Source: Octopus bimaculoides (lineage: Eukaryota). Taken from it: a stretch of DNA of 64,000 bases. The translations under genes were made by a program, and so were the position numbers. Within the stretch, counting starts at the first letter, position 1. Every line of letters starts with the position of its first letter. Under the pieces are notes generated by a model. It worked only from the letters and a program-made list of their open reading frames with translations. It was not told where the DNA came from and ran no database searches. Location: assembly GCF_001194135.2 (NCBI RefSeq), contig NC_068990.1, forward strand, positions 55,395,553 through 55,459,552, written 5' to 3'. Of the stretch, positions 1 to 13,331 are shown piece after piece.

Positions 1-1757
1 TCAGCAGTAGTTCCTGGAAGACTAGGGGCTTTTTCTGTCTTCATGTTCTTAATAGCTTTATATATCATACTGCTGTCAACTAGAATATTGGCCCCTCAGA
101 TGGGTTCACTCTAGGAAGACTCTTTCTCCCATGCATTTTCTACATTTAGTTGTCTTTCATAGTAGCACTTTTGTACCTCTTTGTTTTCAGAATAACTAAG
201 TGCAAATATATTGTACACACTTCTCTCTCTCTCACAACATCTCAATCTTCTTTGATGCACCGTCCTGTAATCTAGAACATCTCATGTCTCTGGTTCTCAT
301 GCCATAGAGCATCCAGTTTTCCATACATGCATGGTTGGACAGAATTTATTGGGGTAGATTTTTTTTATGCTTGGATGCTTTTTCTGTCACCAACTCTCAT
401 CTGTTTCCAAGGAAGGAAATATTTCCCCATGACCAGCTATATTTCCACAGAATATTGGAAATAAATCACACTGAGCTTTACAGTAGCACTCGTTTACAAA
501 TATCACACAAGATTTCAAGACAAGGAGATAGTAATACACACACACATTTAACAACAGATGGATAATATTTATTATTCACCTGACTCATAACCTGCTCCTT
601 GCATAGATCTGAAATATATTATGGACCATATATTTAGTGCAGTGTGCTTTTCCTTCTTAGCCTCAAGGTGCATGATATACTAAGTTGGGTACAGTTAATT
701 GTATACATAACCTGAATATCTTTCTGCCTGTACTTTGGTACCCACATATGTTTTCCTCTATTTTTGTTGTGTATGCATTTTTTCGACCCAACCTAGTGTC
801 TTACAATTTAAGTGCCTGATTCTCTTGAATCCTGATCTCTTAGGTATAAATATATTTATAAATTTAATGCACACTACATGGATTTATATAATTCGGTGGA
901 AATCATAAAAAGCTCTTTTAGTGGACCAGGCTATAAACTACATAATAAAGCAATATGTAGGAATGTAATGTAGAGTCCTATGCAGTTGAAATCCACTAAA
1001 TCCAATCTGTGACGATTATTTCAGGAGGTATGAGATGAATATATTTATTTCACCAATTGGTATTCATAGAATGATGGGCATATTGCAGCCAACATCATGC
1101 AAAAATAATTTATTTTAGTGTCTAATAAATTATTTTACATGTCTGCACTAGTGTGTATGCTATAAATTACATAGTACTATCATATATTTTACAAACAATT
1201 GCAGAAATAGAAGGTTAGCTCTTCAGATCAACAGAATATGATGGTTACATCAATGAGACAGCTGTCATCCTATGGATATCAACTAGTGAAATAAATAGAT
1301 TAATCTCACACCTCCTGATTTTCTTCAAATTTTATAAATATGTATGTATGTATGTATNNNNNNNNNNNNNNNNNNNNNNNNNNNNNNNNNNNNNNNNNNN
1401 NNNNNNNNNNNNNNNNNNNNNNNNNNNNNNNNNNNNNNNNNNNNNNNNNNNNNNNNNNNNNNNNNNNNNNNNNNNNNNNNNNNNNNNNNNNNNNNNNNNN
1501 NNNNNNNNNNNNNNNNNNNNNNNNNNNNNNNNNNNNNNNNNNNNNNNNNNNNNNNNNNNNNNNNNNNNNNNNNNNNNNNNNNNNNNNNNNNNNNNNNNNN
1601 NNNNNNNNNNNNNNNNNNNNNNNNNNNNNNNNNNNNNNNNNNNNNNNNNNNNNNNNNNNNNNNNNNNNNNNNNNNNNNNNNNNNNNNNNNNNNNNNNNNN
1701 NNNNNNNNNNNNNNNNNNNNNNNNNNNNNNNNNNNNNNNNNNNNNNNNTATATATAC

Positions 1758-1801
<44 letters not shown>

Positions 1802-2131
1802 GGTTGTCTTCTTTCAGTTTCTATCTAACAAATCCAATCACAAGGCTTTGGTCGGTCCTGGACTATAGCGGAAGGTACTTGCCCAAGGTACCACACAGCC
1901 ACCTAAAATTATAAAAGGTATTGAAATAGTCAAAATCTTGTCCTGATTTATGGGGAATGTATGAAAACTGTCTGATGACAGTAAATCTGAAACAGACTGT
2001 TGAAATTGAAAACTATTGTCGAGTAGTGTGAAATGAGATTCTCTGAAAGCCTGAAGGTTTTCACTTATAGCATTTTTACATTGAAATATTTAAACAAATG
2101 TAGTGAAATCAATTTCTCTTTATTTTGACAG

Positions 2132-2212
2132 CTCTATATTCATGAAGATAATCTACAAGCTACTGAGTACCACTTTAAAATGGCTCTGGATCTCATTTCA
2201 TTTGTAAAACAA
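2132..2212 (+). CDS. NUP133: Nucleoporin Nup133, internal exon (LYIHEDNLQATEYHFKMALDLISFVKQ)
   Basis: tttattttgacag|...|gtatgt, phase 0-0. Resembles the Nup133 C-terminal motif LYIxEENxxANEYDFKKALDLL (recalled from the human protein). Upstream exons were not found in the window. Confidence 0.82.
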
Positions 2213-4432
2213 GTATGTATTCTATTTGGTGTTTTTTCTTTATGTCGTTTAGTTTTCTTCATAAAATGCTGTTTAACATTTAAACTGGTCTTGCTTGGCC
2301 CAAATATTCAACCTGCTCCCCAATTTTCTTAAAAAAAAGACCTACTAGCACCTAATTTTGTGATAGTTGCATGTGTTGGATGGCAGGAGGAGATGGCAAG
2401 GTGCACAATTATGAAAATAATATTTCTAAAAGTGAATGTGTACTTAGTTGTCACAGTCTAAAGCAGTGGTTATCAACCTTTTTAACCCTTTAGCATTCAG
2501 ATTTTTTTGTCATGTGTATTGCTTATTTATTCACATTGTTTTGAATTAATCCTACATTATCTCACAGCTTTGAGATTTCAATGATGGGATTGTTTATTTT
2601 TAGAATGACATGGTCTGCTGTGAGAAGCTGGATCTAGCTAGCTTGAGATAAAAAAAAAACAAAAAAACAAGTAGTATAATAATATTTGGGCTGGATATGG
2701 CCCAAATGCTTGAATGCTAAAGGGTATCTATATCTGGGCCAGATCCTAAACCTGGATGTTTTTAGGGGGCTGCACCCAAAAATGTAAAACACAAGTCAAT
2801 TAAAGAAAGATGTATAATATTCGAGAGAAGACCACCAGGTAGCTGTGGTTGAGAACTATGGGTCTAAAGTCTTGGAGGATTTATCTGAAAGAGAAGACAA
2901 TAGACTGAGCACGCCAGGAGTATTATGTTTGACACTGGGTGGAAAATGTTATCATTTCTGCCATCATCATCACAACTGTTTCGAAATTGTATTTTTATTT
3001 TGATTTTTCTGTTTTTCTTTTTATTTTACCATGTATGTATGACTTGGACTGTAGTATTACACCTCACCAGATGTCTCTCACACTCTCTCTCTCTTGCGTT
3101 TATCAGTTTCATGTAGCATTAACACATGGATTGTGTTAAAAGCACATCATTCTACATCATCTTGATAAGTCAGTGAAGGAGACTCTTTGTCTGTCATGGG
3201 CAACCTACGGCCCATGGGACTTTCTGAATGGCCTGCCTAATGAAAAAAATGACCTTGACTATCTTTAGAAGTGCAGTTCACCTGATGATGAACCAAGTCG
3301 AGAAATGTTGCTCATGCCTGCTCTGTTGTTGTTGTGTGAGCTGTTAGAAATATCAGACAAGACCCATTACCATCTAAATGTGAAGGACTCCCTGATATAC
3401 ATCATTATCAGCTGTCCTTTTCCATGCTGGCATAGGTTTTATCAGTTTGACAGGAGTTTGTAAGGGTGGGGGCTGCACCAGGCTCCATTGTTATCTGTTT
3501 TGGCATGGTTTCTACAGTTGGATGCCCTTCCTAACATCAACCACTTTACAGAGTGTTCTGGGTGCTTTTTACATGGTACCAACACCATTGCTTTGGTCAT
3601 GACTAGAATTGCTTGGGTCATAGATTTGCTCAATTAGTGCTGACCTGGGGTGAGTGTAATGTGACTTAGTGACTATCAGATACCAGTTTATGAAGCTTTT
3701 TACTCTGTATACACACCATAGATCATTACCACCATCATCATCATAGTCATCATTTCATTTTAATGTTAACTCTTCCATGCACACATACTTTGGGCAGAGT
3801 TTATTGAGGCAGGTTTTCTGCAGACCGATGCTCTTCCTGTTGCTAACTCCACCTGTTTCCAAGCAAGGTAATATTTCCCTGAGGCCAGACATATTCTTGC
3901 AGAATGTGAATGACACTGCTTGTGTGACAGTGACAGTCATTTTACAACTATCAGGCAATGTCAAGACAAGGAGAGACAAACATATCTTCCCTGACACATG
4001 CACATATATACATGTACAATGAGTTTCCTTCAGTTTCTCTGTACCAGATCCACTCACAAGGCTTTGGTCAGCCAGAGACTATAGTAGAAGACACTTGTCT
4101 AAGGTGCCATGCAGTGGAACTGAACCTGATACTATGTGGTTGGAAAGCAAACTTCTTACCACAAAGCCATGCCTACACCTACCAACTGACCAAAATTCTA
4201 CAGTCACTTCTCTGATTGGTTTTCACCTACTAATGCAGCTAATATATCCAACAGTTTTCTGAATACATCTTCATTCAGTCTTTTTTTTTTCTTCTTGCAT
4301 TCATATTATACGTTCAGATTGTTCTCAGCTACTTCATTTCTTAATATGTTGTTTATAGTTCTTTCTTCACAAATAAATTGAATCAAAACCGACTCTCCAA
4401 TATCTTTATTTTTCTTATTTCAACAATTCTAG

Positions 4433-4500
4433 AAAGAAGCTGATATTGACTGCCAAGCACTCTTTTACCATATATGGGCTCAATCAATTTTGAGAAACAA
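4433..4500 (+). CDS. NUP133: Nup133 exon (KEADIDCQALFYHIWAQSILRN)
   Basis: ttctag|...|gtgagt, phase 0-2. Joins in frame with both neighbours. HIWxxxILR-type motif. Confidence 0.8.
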
Positions 4501-5067
4501 GTGAGTTGAATATATATATGTATATATATAATTTTTTATCAAGTTGTGTCTGTTGTTTTGTCTCCTTTTCATTGCGAGCCACCTTTATTATCGAGTAGGG
4601 CAGTGCTGTCAGATGCTGCTACTAAGTGCGACTTAATGCCCTAGTCAACAAATTTTTTTAATAAATTTGTCCCTATTCTCAGTGAGTCGCTACATTAGTA
4701 AATGTTTTGCTGTTGTTTAACACTTTGCATTTAAACCAGCCATATACGATCCAAATAGTCTTGTTTTATGTGTGAACTGGCCAGATCTGGCCTCTCACAC
4801 CTACCCTACAATGTCTGACAGTAATCAATTAAATGAATAAAATTGGAAGAAATTCATCTGAAAATATTGATTCCAAATTTTGGCTCAAAACCAGCAATTT
4901 TGAAGAAGTGGTTAAGTCAATTACCTTGACCCCAGTGTTCAACTGGTGCTTATTTTATTGACCCCAAAAGGATGAAAAGCAAGGTCTTGACCGTGGCAGA
5001 ATTTAAACTCAGCACATAAAGACGGATGAAATGCTGCTAAGCATTTCACCCATTGTGTTAATGATTC

Positions 5068-5300
5068 TTATTTCTTTATTGCCCACAAGAGGCTAAACAT
5101 AGAGGGGACAAACAAGGACAGACAAAGGGATTAAGTCGATTACATCGACCCCAGTGCGTAACCGGTACTTAATTTATCGACCCTGATAGGATGAAAGGCA
5201 AAGTCGACCTCAGCGGAATTTGAACTCAGAATGTAACAGCAGATGAAATACCACTAAGCATTTCGCCTGGCACGCTAATGATTCTGCTAGCTTGCCGCCT
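5068..5300 (-). mobile_element. tRNA-derived SINE (family D); further copies near 4880, 5490, 23255, 35790 and 59771
   Basis: Head AGGCGGCAAGCTAGCAGAATC..GAGTTCAAATTCC and conserved core TTGCCTTTCATCC..GGGTCGATAAATTAAGTACC recur across the window. Confidence 0.8.
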
Positions 5301-5743
5301 TTATGTAAAGATGGACGAAATGCCACTTAGCATTTTGCCTAGCATGTTAATGATTCTGCCAGCTTAACATTTGTAAGACATTATTGTTGTTGCTGTTATA
5401 TTGTTAGTGTTTGTGGTGTTGAAAAATTTCCAAGATATCATCTAGTCCCCTACCACCAAACTTTCGGTGTTGTTCCTATAGTAGAAAGAATTATTATTAA
5501 GGCAGCAAGCTGGTAGAATTATTTGCATGTCAGACAAAATGCTTAACTATATTTCTCCTGTTTTGAGTTCAATTTATTACTAAGTCTATTTTATCTTTCA
5601 TCTTTTTAGGGTCACCAAAATTAGTACCATTTCAGTACTGGGGTTGATTCTTCCTTCCTGCTTTCTTTCTGTCTGTCCGTCTCTCTCTATCTATATATAT
5701 ATGTGTGTGTGTATGTGTGTATATATATATATATGTATATGTA

Positions 5744-6650
5744 TGAGGTGGTACAAAAAGTTCCCAGACTAGTTCTGTAGCACACCGACAGATGGCAGCA
5801 CACAGTTGTGTGCGCAGTGTGAGCTAGCAGTTACCTTCATGAGGCAGTGTGTTGAATGTCATCGCTTTGTTTACTTTGCAAGTTGTGAAATTTGTGTTTT
5901 TGTGATCACGTGTGCGTTGTAGCCTGCAATGTTTTTCATGGACAGGAAGTTGGAATGAAGAGCCAATGTGAAATTTTGTGTTAAACTTGGGAAGTCTGCT
6001 ACAGAGACAATGACCATGCTTTGGTAAGCTGATGGTAACGAGGCAATGAGTCGTATGCAATGTTTCGAGTGGCACAGGTGCTTCAAAAGTGGAAGAACAT
6101 TCATGGAAGATGATGAGCGATTCGGAAGACCTACCATGAGCATCACTCTCGGAGATGTGGTGAAAATTCATCAGCTTGTGAATGTGGATTGTCAGAGGGC
6201 AATCAATGACGTTTTGAAGCATTTGTGGGAGGACATTCGGAGAAAATGACTGGGTCTGTGGAATGTGAAGAATGGAATTCTCCACGACAACAATGCACCC
6301 TGTCACCAAGCTCTCCTCACTTGTGAGTTTCTTGCTAAAAACAACATGGTGTCACTTCCACACCTGGCCTATTTGCCAGATTTAGCACCTGAAGACTTTC
6401 ATCTCTTCCTCATGATGACAATGCAGCTCAAAGGTCACCATTTTAACACTTGTCGAGATCAAGAGTGAATTGCAGAAGGTCCTCAACTCACTTATGGAAA
6501 TTGACTTCCAGGCCAGATTCCAAAAGTGGCAGGAACACTGGGATTGGTGTATTGCTGTGCAAGGTGACTATTTTGAAGGAGATGGTGTTAAAACTTTGGT
6601 AAATAAGTTACTTTTTATGAAACATAACTAGTCCGGGAACTTTTTGATGC
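5744..6650 (+). mobile_element. Mariner (DD34D) transposon relic with an internal deletion
   Basis: TIRs AAAAAGTTCCCAGACTAGTT / AACTAGTCCGGGAACTTTTT. HTH fragment MSRMQCFEWHRCFKSGR..DDERFGRP and catalytic fragment HDNNAPCH...PHLAYLPDLAPEDFHLF with 34-residue spacing. Confidence 0.9.
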
Positions 6651-6685
6651 CCTTCCTAACACCAACCACTCCATAAAGTGGACTC

Positions 6686-6727
<42 letters not shown>

Positions 6728-6745
6728 ATCTTAGATACCCTGTAT

Positions 6746-6789
<44 letters not shown>

Positions 6790-7202
6790 GGAGAAAGAGA
6801 GAGACATGTGTTTGTGTGTGTGAGTTGATGTATCTTTGTCTTGACATTATGTGATTGTTGTAAACGAGTTTCACCATCATACACACTGTGTCCATTTCCA
6901 ATCTTTCTTGAAAACAAGTCCAGCTATGGAGAACCATTACCTTACTTAGAAACAGGTGAAAGGTGGTGACAGAAAGGGCATCTGGGCATAAACAATTTGT
7001 CTCAACAAATTCCATATGAATATGTATATGTATATACATATATTATGTATTACTTCTGTACCCACCCATCCCTTCCCTCCATCATGTCATAGTTTTTGTC
7101 TTCCCAGCTCAGCCTTTTATCAGTGTATCTTGTCTATCTATCTGTATATCTCTTTTTCACATTTACATGCATTCAAAGACCTTTTCCTGTGTATTTTTAC
7201 AG

Positions 7203-7285
7203 TTGGGCAAGACGATCCGATGATCCTCTAGAAGATTGTACATCGAAGCTATTCTACAAAATAATCTCCTTGATCCTTAAACAAA
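7203..7285 (+). CDS. NUP133: Nup133 exon (WARRSDDPLEDCTSKLFYKIISLILKQ)
   Basis: tttttacag|...|gtgagt, phase 2-1. Matches the W...DDP....IF.KI segment of Nup133. Confidence 0.82.
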
Positions 7286-7297
7286 GTGAGTAATATA

Positions 7298-7328
<31 letters not shown>

Positions 7329-7860
7329 GAGTGAAAGAACACTGTATGCCATCAAAGTGACACTGGAGTAAAATATACGAAGCCCAGTATACCCATTATG
7401 ACTACCCGTCTGATAAGGGTATACCAGGCATATGCATTACAACTATATGTGCACGACATGGTGATCTCATATCAAAGTAAACAGCGCATGACCTTGCAGG
7501 TAGGGCCCAGTTAGAATTTTCTTCAGGTCAAGTAGCCCATCCCACTCAAAAGGTCTCTGAATAAGGGTTGTTTAAGGATGATGAACAAATCCCCATGTTT
7601 CCAAAGGTGAATTATTCAAACCCCAAAGAATTCCTTTCAAAACATGGCTATGATGCTCCCCCACTACTGCTTGTGATCAGAGATGCACATATCGTCAGCC
7701 ACAAGGGTTACGGTCAAATATCTGACAAACAAATCTGTGGTGTTGAGTAGAATATTTGCAATAGTCCATCTTTTATACCAAGACAAAATATGTACGGTAA
7801 CACTTCCAATCAATTAAAATCAGAAGTCATGAGAGCCAGTGCCTGGTACTGTATTAGGGC
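7329..7860. mobile_element. About 530-bp non-coding element bounded by (ATT)n microsatellite on both sides
   Basis: GC-richer block with sharp (ATT)n boundaries and no credible ORF. Its transposon identity is inferred. Confidence 0.5.
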
Positions 7861-7876
7861 ATTTATTATTATTATT

Positions 7877-9190
7877 GCCTTTGCACAGCTTCTAACGCTG
7901 GAGATGTACTACAGTGTCAGCTGTTCACTACCAGTGAACTAAGGTAACACCTCTTCTTTTTCGAGCACCTACCAGAGTATTTGAGCGGCTCCAAGCAGTG
8001 CTATTTTCTGCAAGTGCTCCACCCTTATTGCAACCCTTATTTGTTCCACATACTTCTTGAGATTTTTACTCACTGTTCCCAGTGCTCTGACAATTATTGG
8101 TACTACTGCTACCTTTTTCATCGACCACAACTGATTAACTTCCCAAGCTAACCTGTCATATCTCTCAACTTTTCTTTCTTCCTTATCACATATGTTGTCG
8201 TCAACTGTGCATGCTATGTCTATGATCCAGCATAGTTTGTTTTCTTTCTCAATTAAGACTATGTCCGGCTTCCTATTCTCTATCATGGTCGCACTGAATC
8301 ATAAAATCCCATAGGATCTACACATTACTATTTTCGACGATGCCTTCAGGTTTGTGGTCGTACCAATTTTTTGCTCTGTCAAGTCCATACTTGTTGCAAA
8401 GTGTCCAATAGGCAAGCCTGGCTATATTGTCGTGGTGTCTCTTATATTCCTTCTGGGCTAGTGGTGTACATTGGCTGGTAATATGTCATACGGTTTCACT
8501 TAATTTTGACTTAAAGATCAGTCTCAGTCTGCATAAGTACTCCACCTTAAATTTTTCTGTCATTTCTTTCTCCATCAATTTATCCATTTCCAAAATCCCC
8601 AAACACTTATGGTCCGTCTCTTCTATCTGCTTCATAACTTCATAATCGTTAGCCCGTCCATACATTTGATTTTACCTCTCTTCAAGACTAACGCACCACA
8701 CTTTCTCAGTCCAAACTCCATTCTGATATCAGCACTGAAAGTATACACCGTATCAATGAGGGAACTAACTTGAGCTTCATCTTTACCATAAAATTTGAGG
8801 TCGTCCATGAATAACAAATGGTTGATTTTTTGTTGGCAGCTTTTGAATACATACCCAGCTTTTGCTTTCCTCAGAATCAGTGTTAGTGGTATCAAGCACA
8901 GTACAAAGATCAGTGGGGACAGGCAGTCCCCTTGGAAGATGCCCCTCCAAATTTCCACTGTCCCTAAACTTCTTCCATATGCTGTCAGGTCCGTCCTCCA
9001 ATTCGCCATACTTTTCCCAAGCAATCGCTCAACATTCTATGCAATACCATATAGGTGCATACACTCCATAATCCAAGAATGTGGAATCATATTGTATGCC
9101 TTATGATAGTCAATCCATGACATGGCTAAGTTACTTTTCCTCCTCTTCCAGTCTCTAAGTGCAGTTTTGGCTATCAGGAGTTGATCCTTG
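7877..9190 (-). mobile_element. Dong/R4-type non-LTR retrotransposon with restriction-like endonuclease; 5'-truncated, internally deleted
   Basis: RT motifs WIDYHKAY, RGIFQGDCLSP and HLLFMDDLK. Endonuclease motif NRKPDIV..IIDIA..K..RY..L. (ATT)n on both flanks. Confidence 0.88.
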
Positions 9191-9797
9191 ATTATTATTA
9201 TTATTATTATTATTATTTAAAACAGTTCCTGTGAGTAGCCTGCAAAACTTTAAGTTGCATGGGGCTAAATCAACACTTTTTTTGAATAATAATATATATG
9301 TAACTCCTATTAATGCCATTATTTTAACATCCACTTTTCCATGGTCACCTGCAATTTTTTTGAGGCAGATTTTCTACAGCCAGATGCCCTTCCTGTTGCC
9401 AACCCTCACCTGTTTCTAAGCAAGGCAATATTTCTCTATGGCCAGACATGATGTTGCTGAATATTGGAGATGAATGACACTGCTTATATGACAGTGACAA
9501 TCATTTTACAACTATCATGCGATGTAAAGACAAGGAAACACAAATGTACATACTCTCACACCTAAACACACACACACACATGTACGATGGCTTGATTTCA
9601 GTTTCTGTCTACCAAATACACTCAAGGCATGAATGGGTTGGATGTAATGCTGATGAAACAGCAATAACTCTTGAAATATGTGTATACACCTATTACACAC
9701 ACACACACTGATGCACTAAACACATTAACCTTCTATTTCCTTCTCTCAAATATTATTGCTTTCTTCAAAACTGCTTATTTTCAATTTATTCTTTCAG

Positions 9798-9931
9798 ATG
9801 GTGATATTAAAGAACTACTGCCAGACAAAACTCCCCTGATTGCTTCAGAGGAATTGCTTCATCTCCAACAAGATGATAATTTCTTATTTTTGTTAGAAAC
9901 AATATATGAGCAAGTCTATCACATTGTATGA
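9798..9931 (+). CDS. NUP133: Nup133 terminal exon (GDIKELLPDKTPLIASEELLHLQQDDNFLFLLETIYEQVYHIV*)
   Basis: ctttcag| acceptor, phase 1, TGA at 9929-9931. Parallels the Nup133 C-terminus (LP...LL...L......F.F.L...YE). Confidence 0.82.
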
Positions 9932-10031
9932 AATAGTTGTCGAGGAGTTAAAGGTTATTATTCGCTGTAAAGAAATTTTATTTATATGTACATATTTATG
10001 TTTATTTGAATGTATGTATATATTTTTATGT

Positions 10032-10080
<49 letters not shown>

Positions 10081-10617
10081 NNNNNNNNNNNNNNNNNNNN
10101 NNNNNNNNNNNNNNNNNNNNNNNNNNNNNNNNNNNNNNNNNNNNNNNNNNNNNNNNNNNNNNNNNNNNNNNNNNNNNNNNNNNNNNNNCGATTTCTAACA
10201 GTTTTTGTGCGTTTCTTAAATGGCTTATAGACACCTTCCATGCTGCAATTGTTTTCGTTCCAGCATACGATCTCAGATCAGCTTGCTTGCTAGGCAAGTA
10301 CATCTCCGTAATACAATACAAATGTGGAATATTTTTTTTATAACTGAAGAGCTCCACTGAGTACACTGAGTTGCTTGTATCTGATTACTAGCTGATAAAC
10401 CAAGCCTGGTTTTCTCTTGAATGTATATATGTGTGTATAAAACAAATGATAGACAGGAAAGGGAATATATGAGAAACTTGCAACAATTGATTCAACCCAT
10501 CTTATATCGATCCTTGATACTGTACAACTGGTCGTAGTGCATCCTTGGTGCAAACACATCTTGTCAGGTGATGTTATAGGAGATATCTCATTAAATAAAC
10601 TCTGTTTTGCACATACA

Positions 10618-10672
<55 letters not shown>

Positions 10673-12394
10673 CTTTCTCTTTCTCTCTCTCTAGCTGAGT
10701 AATCATGTACCTCCTCTATAGCAAGATACCTTTTTCTGTCTCTCTGTCTTACTCTAACCTTTCATCATCTGACATAAGATCCTCTCTTCCAATTTCCCCT
10801 CTCCTCTCAAAATTCCTTGCTTTGCAAGTTACTTGGTGTACCCTGCTGGTGCTACATGAAAAGCTTCCAGTCCACACTGTAAAGTGGTTTGTGTTTGGAA
10901 GGGCATCCAGCTGCAAAACCCATGCCAAAACTGATCTTGCTTCTGCTGGTACCACATAAAAAGCACTCAGTCCTCTCTGCGGAGTGGTTGGTGCTAGGAA
11001 GGTCATAAAGCCGTAAAACCCCTGCCAAAACAGACACAGTAGCCTTCTGCTTGACTGACTCCTGTCAAGTCATCCAACCCATACTTGCATGCAAGGTGGA
11101 TGTTAAACGATAATGATATACATTTTTGTGTATACGCATATGTAAGTGTATGTTGTGATATTTGTATGTGAGTACCATAGTCACTAATAGATTTGCGGCC
11201 AACTAAAACTCCTGTCCTAGTCAGCTGGAACCACCGGTGCCTTGGGTCACAGTGGGATACAAGAATGGGTAGGACATTTATCAAAGAGTTTAATGACATC
11301 TACTTAACTGTGCATATGAGAGAGTGTGTGTGTGTGTACATGATTGCAAGTGTGGGTATGGAAGTAACTATATATGGGTACTGATGCACATAATGTTTTA
11401 CTTTGTGTGTTTTATTTTTCTTAATAAACTCCCTGTCTTTGTCTGTAAGGTCACAATGGAATCTGTTTTTTGCCATTCCTGCCCAACAGCTTAAACATAG
11501 TCACTAATGATATGCTAGATTAAAACTGAGCAAAACAGAGTTTATTTAATGAGATGCATCTGCACTGAGGGATGCACCACAACCAGTTGCACAGTTTCCC
11601 ACCTGCAAGAGATCGATGCAAGATGAGTTGAAATGATCGTTGTTAGCAATAAAGTTCCTCGTATATTCCATTTACCATCTCTATCATTTGTTATATACTC
11701 ACTGAGGAATTCCTGAGGTAGATCCAGCGACAATTGTGTAAATACCATGGATGACGTCAGGTAGCCATAAGCAGTGAATGTGCTTCATCGGCTTTCTATT
11801 AGAAACATACCCCACACTTAAATATTTACTTATATACATACATACATATAAAGAAATTAGAATGACAAAAGAATGAGAAATTATGTCATGAATTTCATTA
11901 GCTTACAGCTGTTTCTGCTACAAGATGTAATCCACTAATAGTTGAATGCATGTGTATGACTCTTTGAAGCTCTGATGAAGCTATATAGGNNNNNNNNNNC
12001 TTTCTATTAGAAACATACCCCACACTTAAATATTTACTTATATACATACATACATATAAAGAAATTAGAATGACAAAAGAATGAGAAATTATGTCATGAA
12101 TTTCATTAGCTTACAGCTGTTTCTGCTACAAGATGTAATCCACTAATAGTTGAATGCATGTGTATGACTCTTTGAAGCTCTGATGAAGCTATATAGGTTG
12201 ACACACAAGCATTCAACTATAAGTGGATTACATCTTATAGGAGAAACAGTTATAAGCTAAATTCATGACTAATTTCTTATTACTGCTCTGTATGCTATTG
12301 ATGTTTGTTCTGAAGTGTATGTATATTGGGTTTTAACACCAGGTCATTAGTACCACTATGCCTAAGCAAAATTACATATATATATATATATATA

Positions 12395-13258
12395 CAGGGT
12401 GTGATGGGTAAATTGTCGTCATTTTATATTTTTAATTTTGCGCATGTGAATGGTTTTTTTTAATTTTGTCAACTACACAGTATAGTAGGGTCACTTAGGC
12501 ACTGTCTGTGAAAAAACAGCACTATGGTGCAATTCACTCTGCTAGAAATTTGGAAACGACATGCTATACTGCTTGGCATTTGCACAGGAAGTTCCAATAT
12601 GAACATTTCAGAGTATTTGGGTGTCAGTCTGAGGACATGTACTGAGAGCAATAAAAATCAGACATCCAGTCAACATCATGGTGTATGGAGTGATTAGTGG
12701 TGATGGCGACGTTATACTTCCATTCGTCTTTCCACATGGCCTCAGACTCAACATGAAGGTCTACATCAAGTGCCTGGAGGGGGTTGTGCTACCCTTGGTT
12801 AAGAGGTTGACTGTTGGAAGACCCTATGTCTGGCAACAGGACTCTGCACCATGCCACACAAGCAGGAGAAGCCAATCATTACTGTCAAACAATTTCTGCG
12901 ACCACATCACCCCTAACACGTGGCCACCTAACTTTCCAGACTGTAACCCCTTTGATTATGTGTGGGGCACAGTTGAATGAGAGACCAATAAAACTCCTTG
13001 TAACACCAAAGATGAACTGAAGGCAAGGATTATGGCAGTATTCATCAACTTAAACAAGGAGACTGTCCAGAAGAGTTGCAGGAGATTCCAAAGTTGTCTG
13101 GAGGCCATGGTTGAAGCCAATGGTGATTTTATTGAATGAATTTACTCTTCAGTATTTCAAGATATTTTTATGTAATTTTGGTAAATATATCTGTTAAAAT
13201 GACATGTCAGTGTTATTTCATTTTTGCGTAATTTAGACGACAGTTTATTCACCACACC

Positions 13259-13261
<3 letters not shown>
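12395..13261 (+). mobile_element. Tc1/mariner DD37D (maT/Bmmar1-like) transposon relic
   Basis: TIRs CAGGGTGTGATGGGTAAATTGTCGTC / GACGACAGTTTATTCACCACACCCTG in a (TA)n context. ORF 12678-12980 contains WQQDSAPCH...WPPNFPDCNPFD, with 37 residues counted between the aspartates. Confidence 0.9.

Positions 13262-13331
<70 letters not shown>

Noticed and set aside
1306-1914. Long ORFs in the supplied track that span N runs (also 36220, 41013, 47210, 53736)
   Set aside because: They are open only because of X residues and (TA)n/(CA)n microsatellites.
10189-10366. Protein-like minus-strand ORF (HLYCITEMYLPSKQADLRSYAGTK...)
   Set aside because: It has no usable splice sites or recognisable motif, and it is continuous with a repeat next to a gap.
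11792-12197. Exact 198-bp tandem duplication (11792-11989 and 12000-12197)
   Set aside because: The copies are identical and separated by exactly 10 N, the signature of overlapping contig ends rather than biology.
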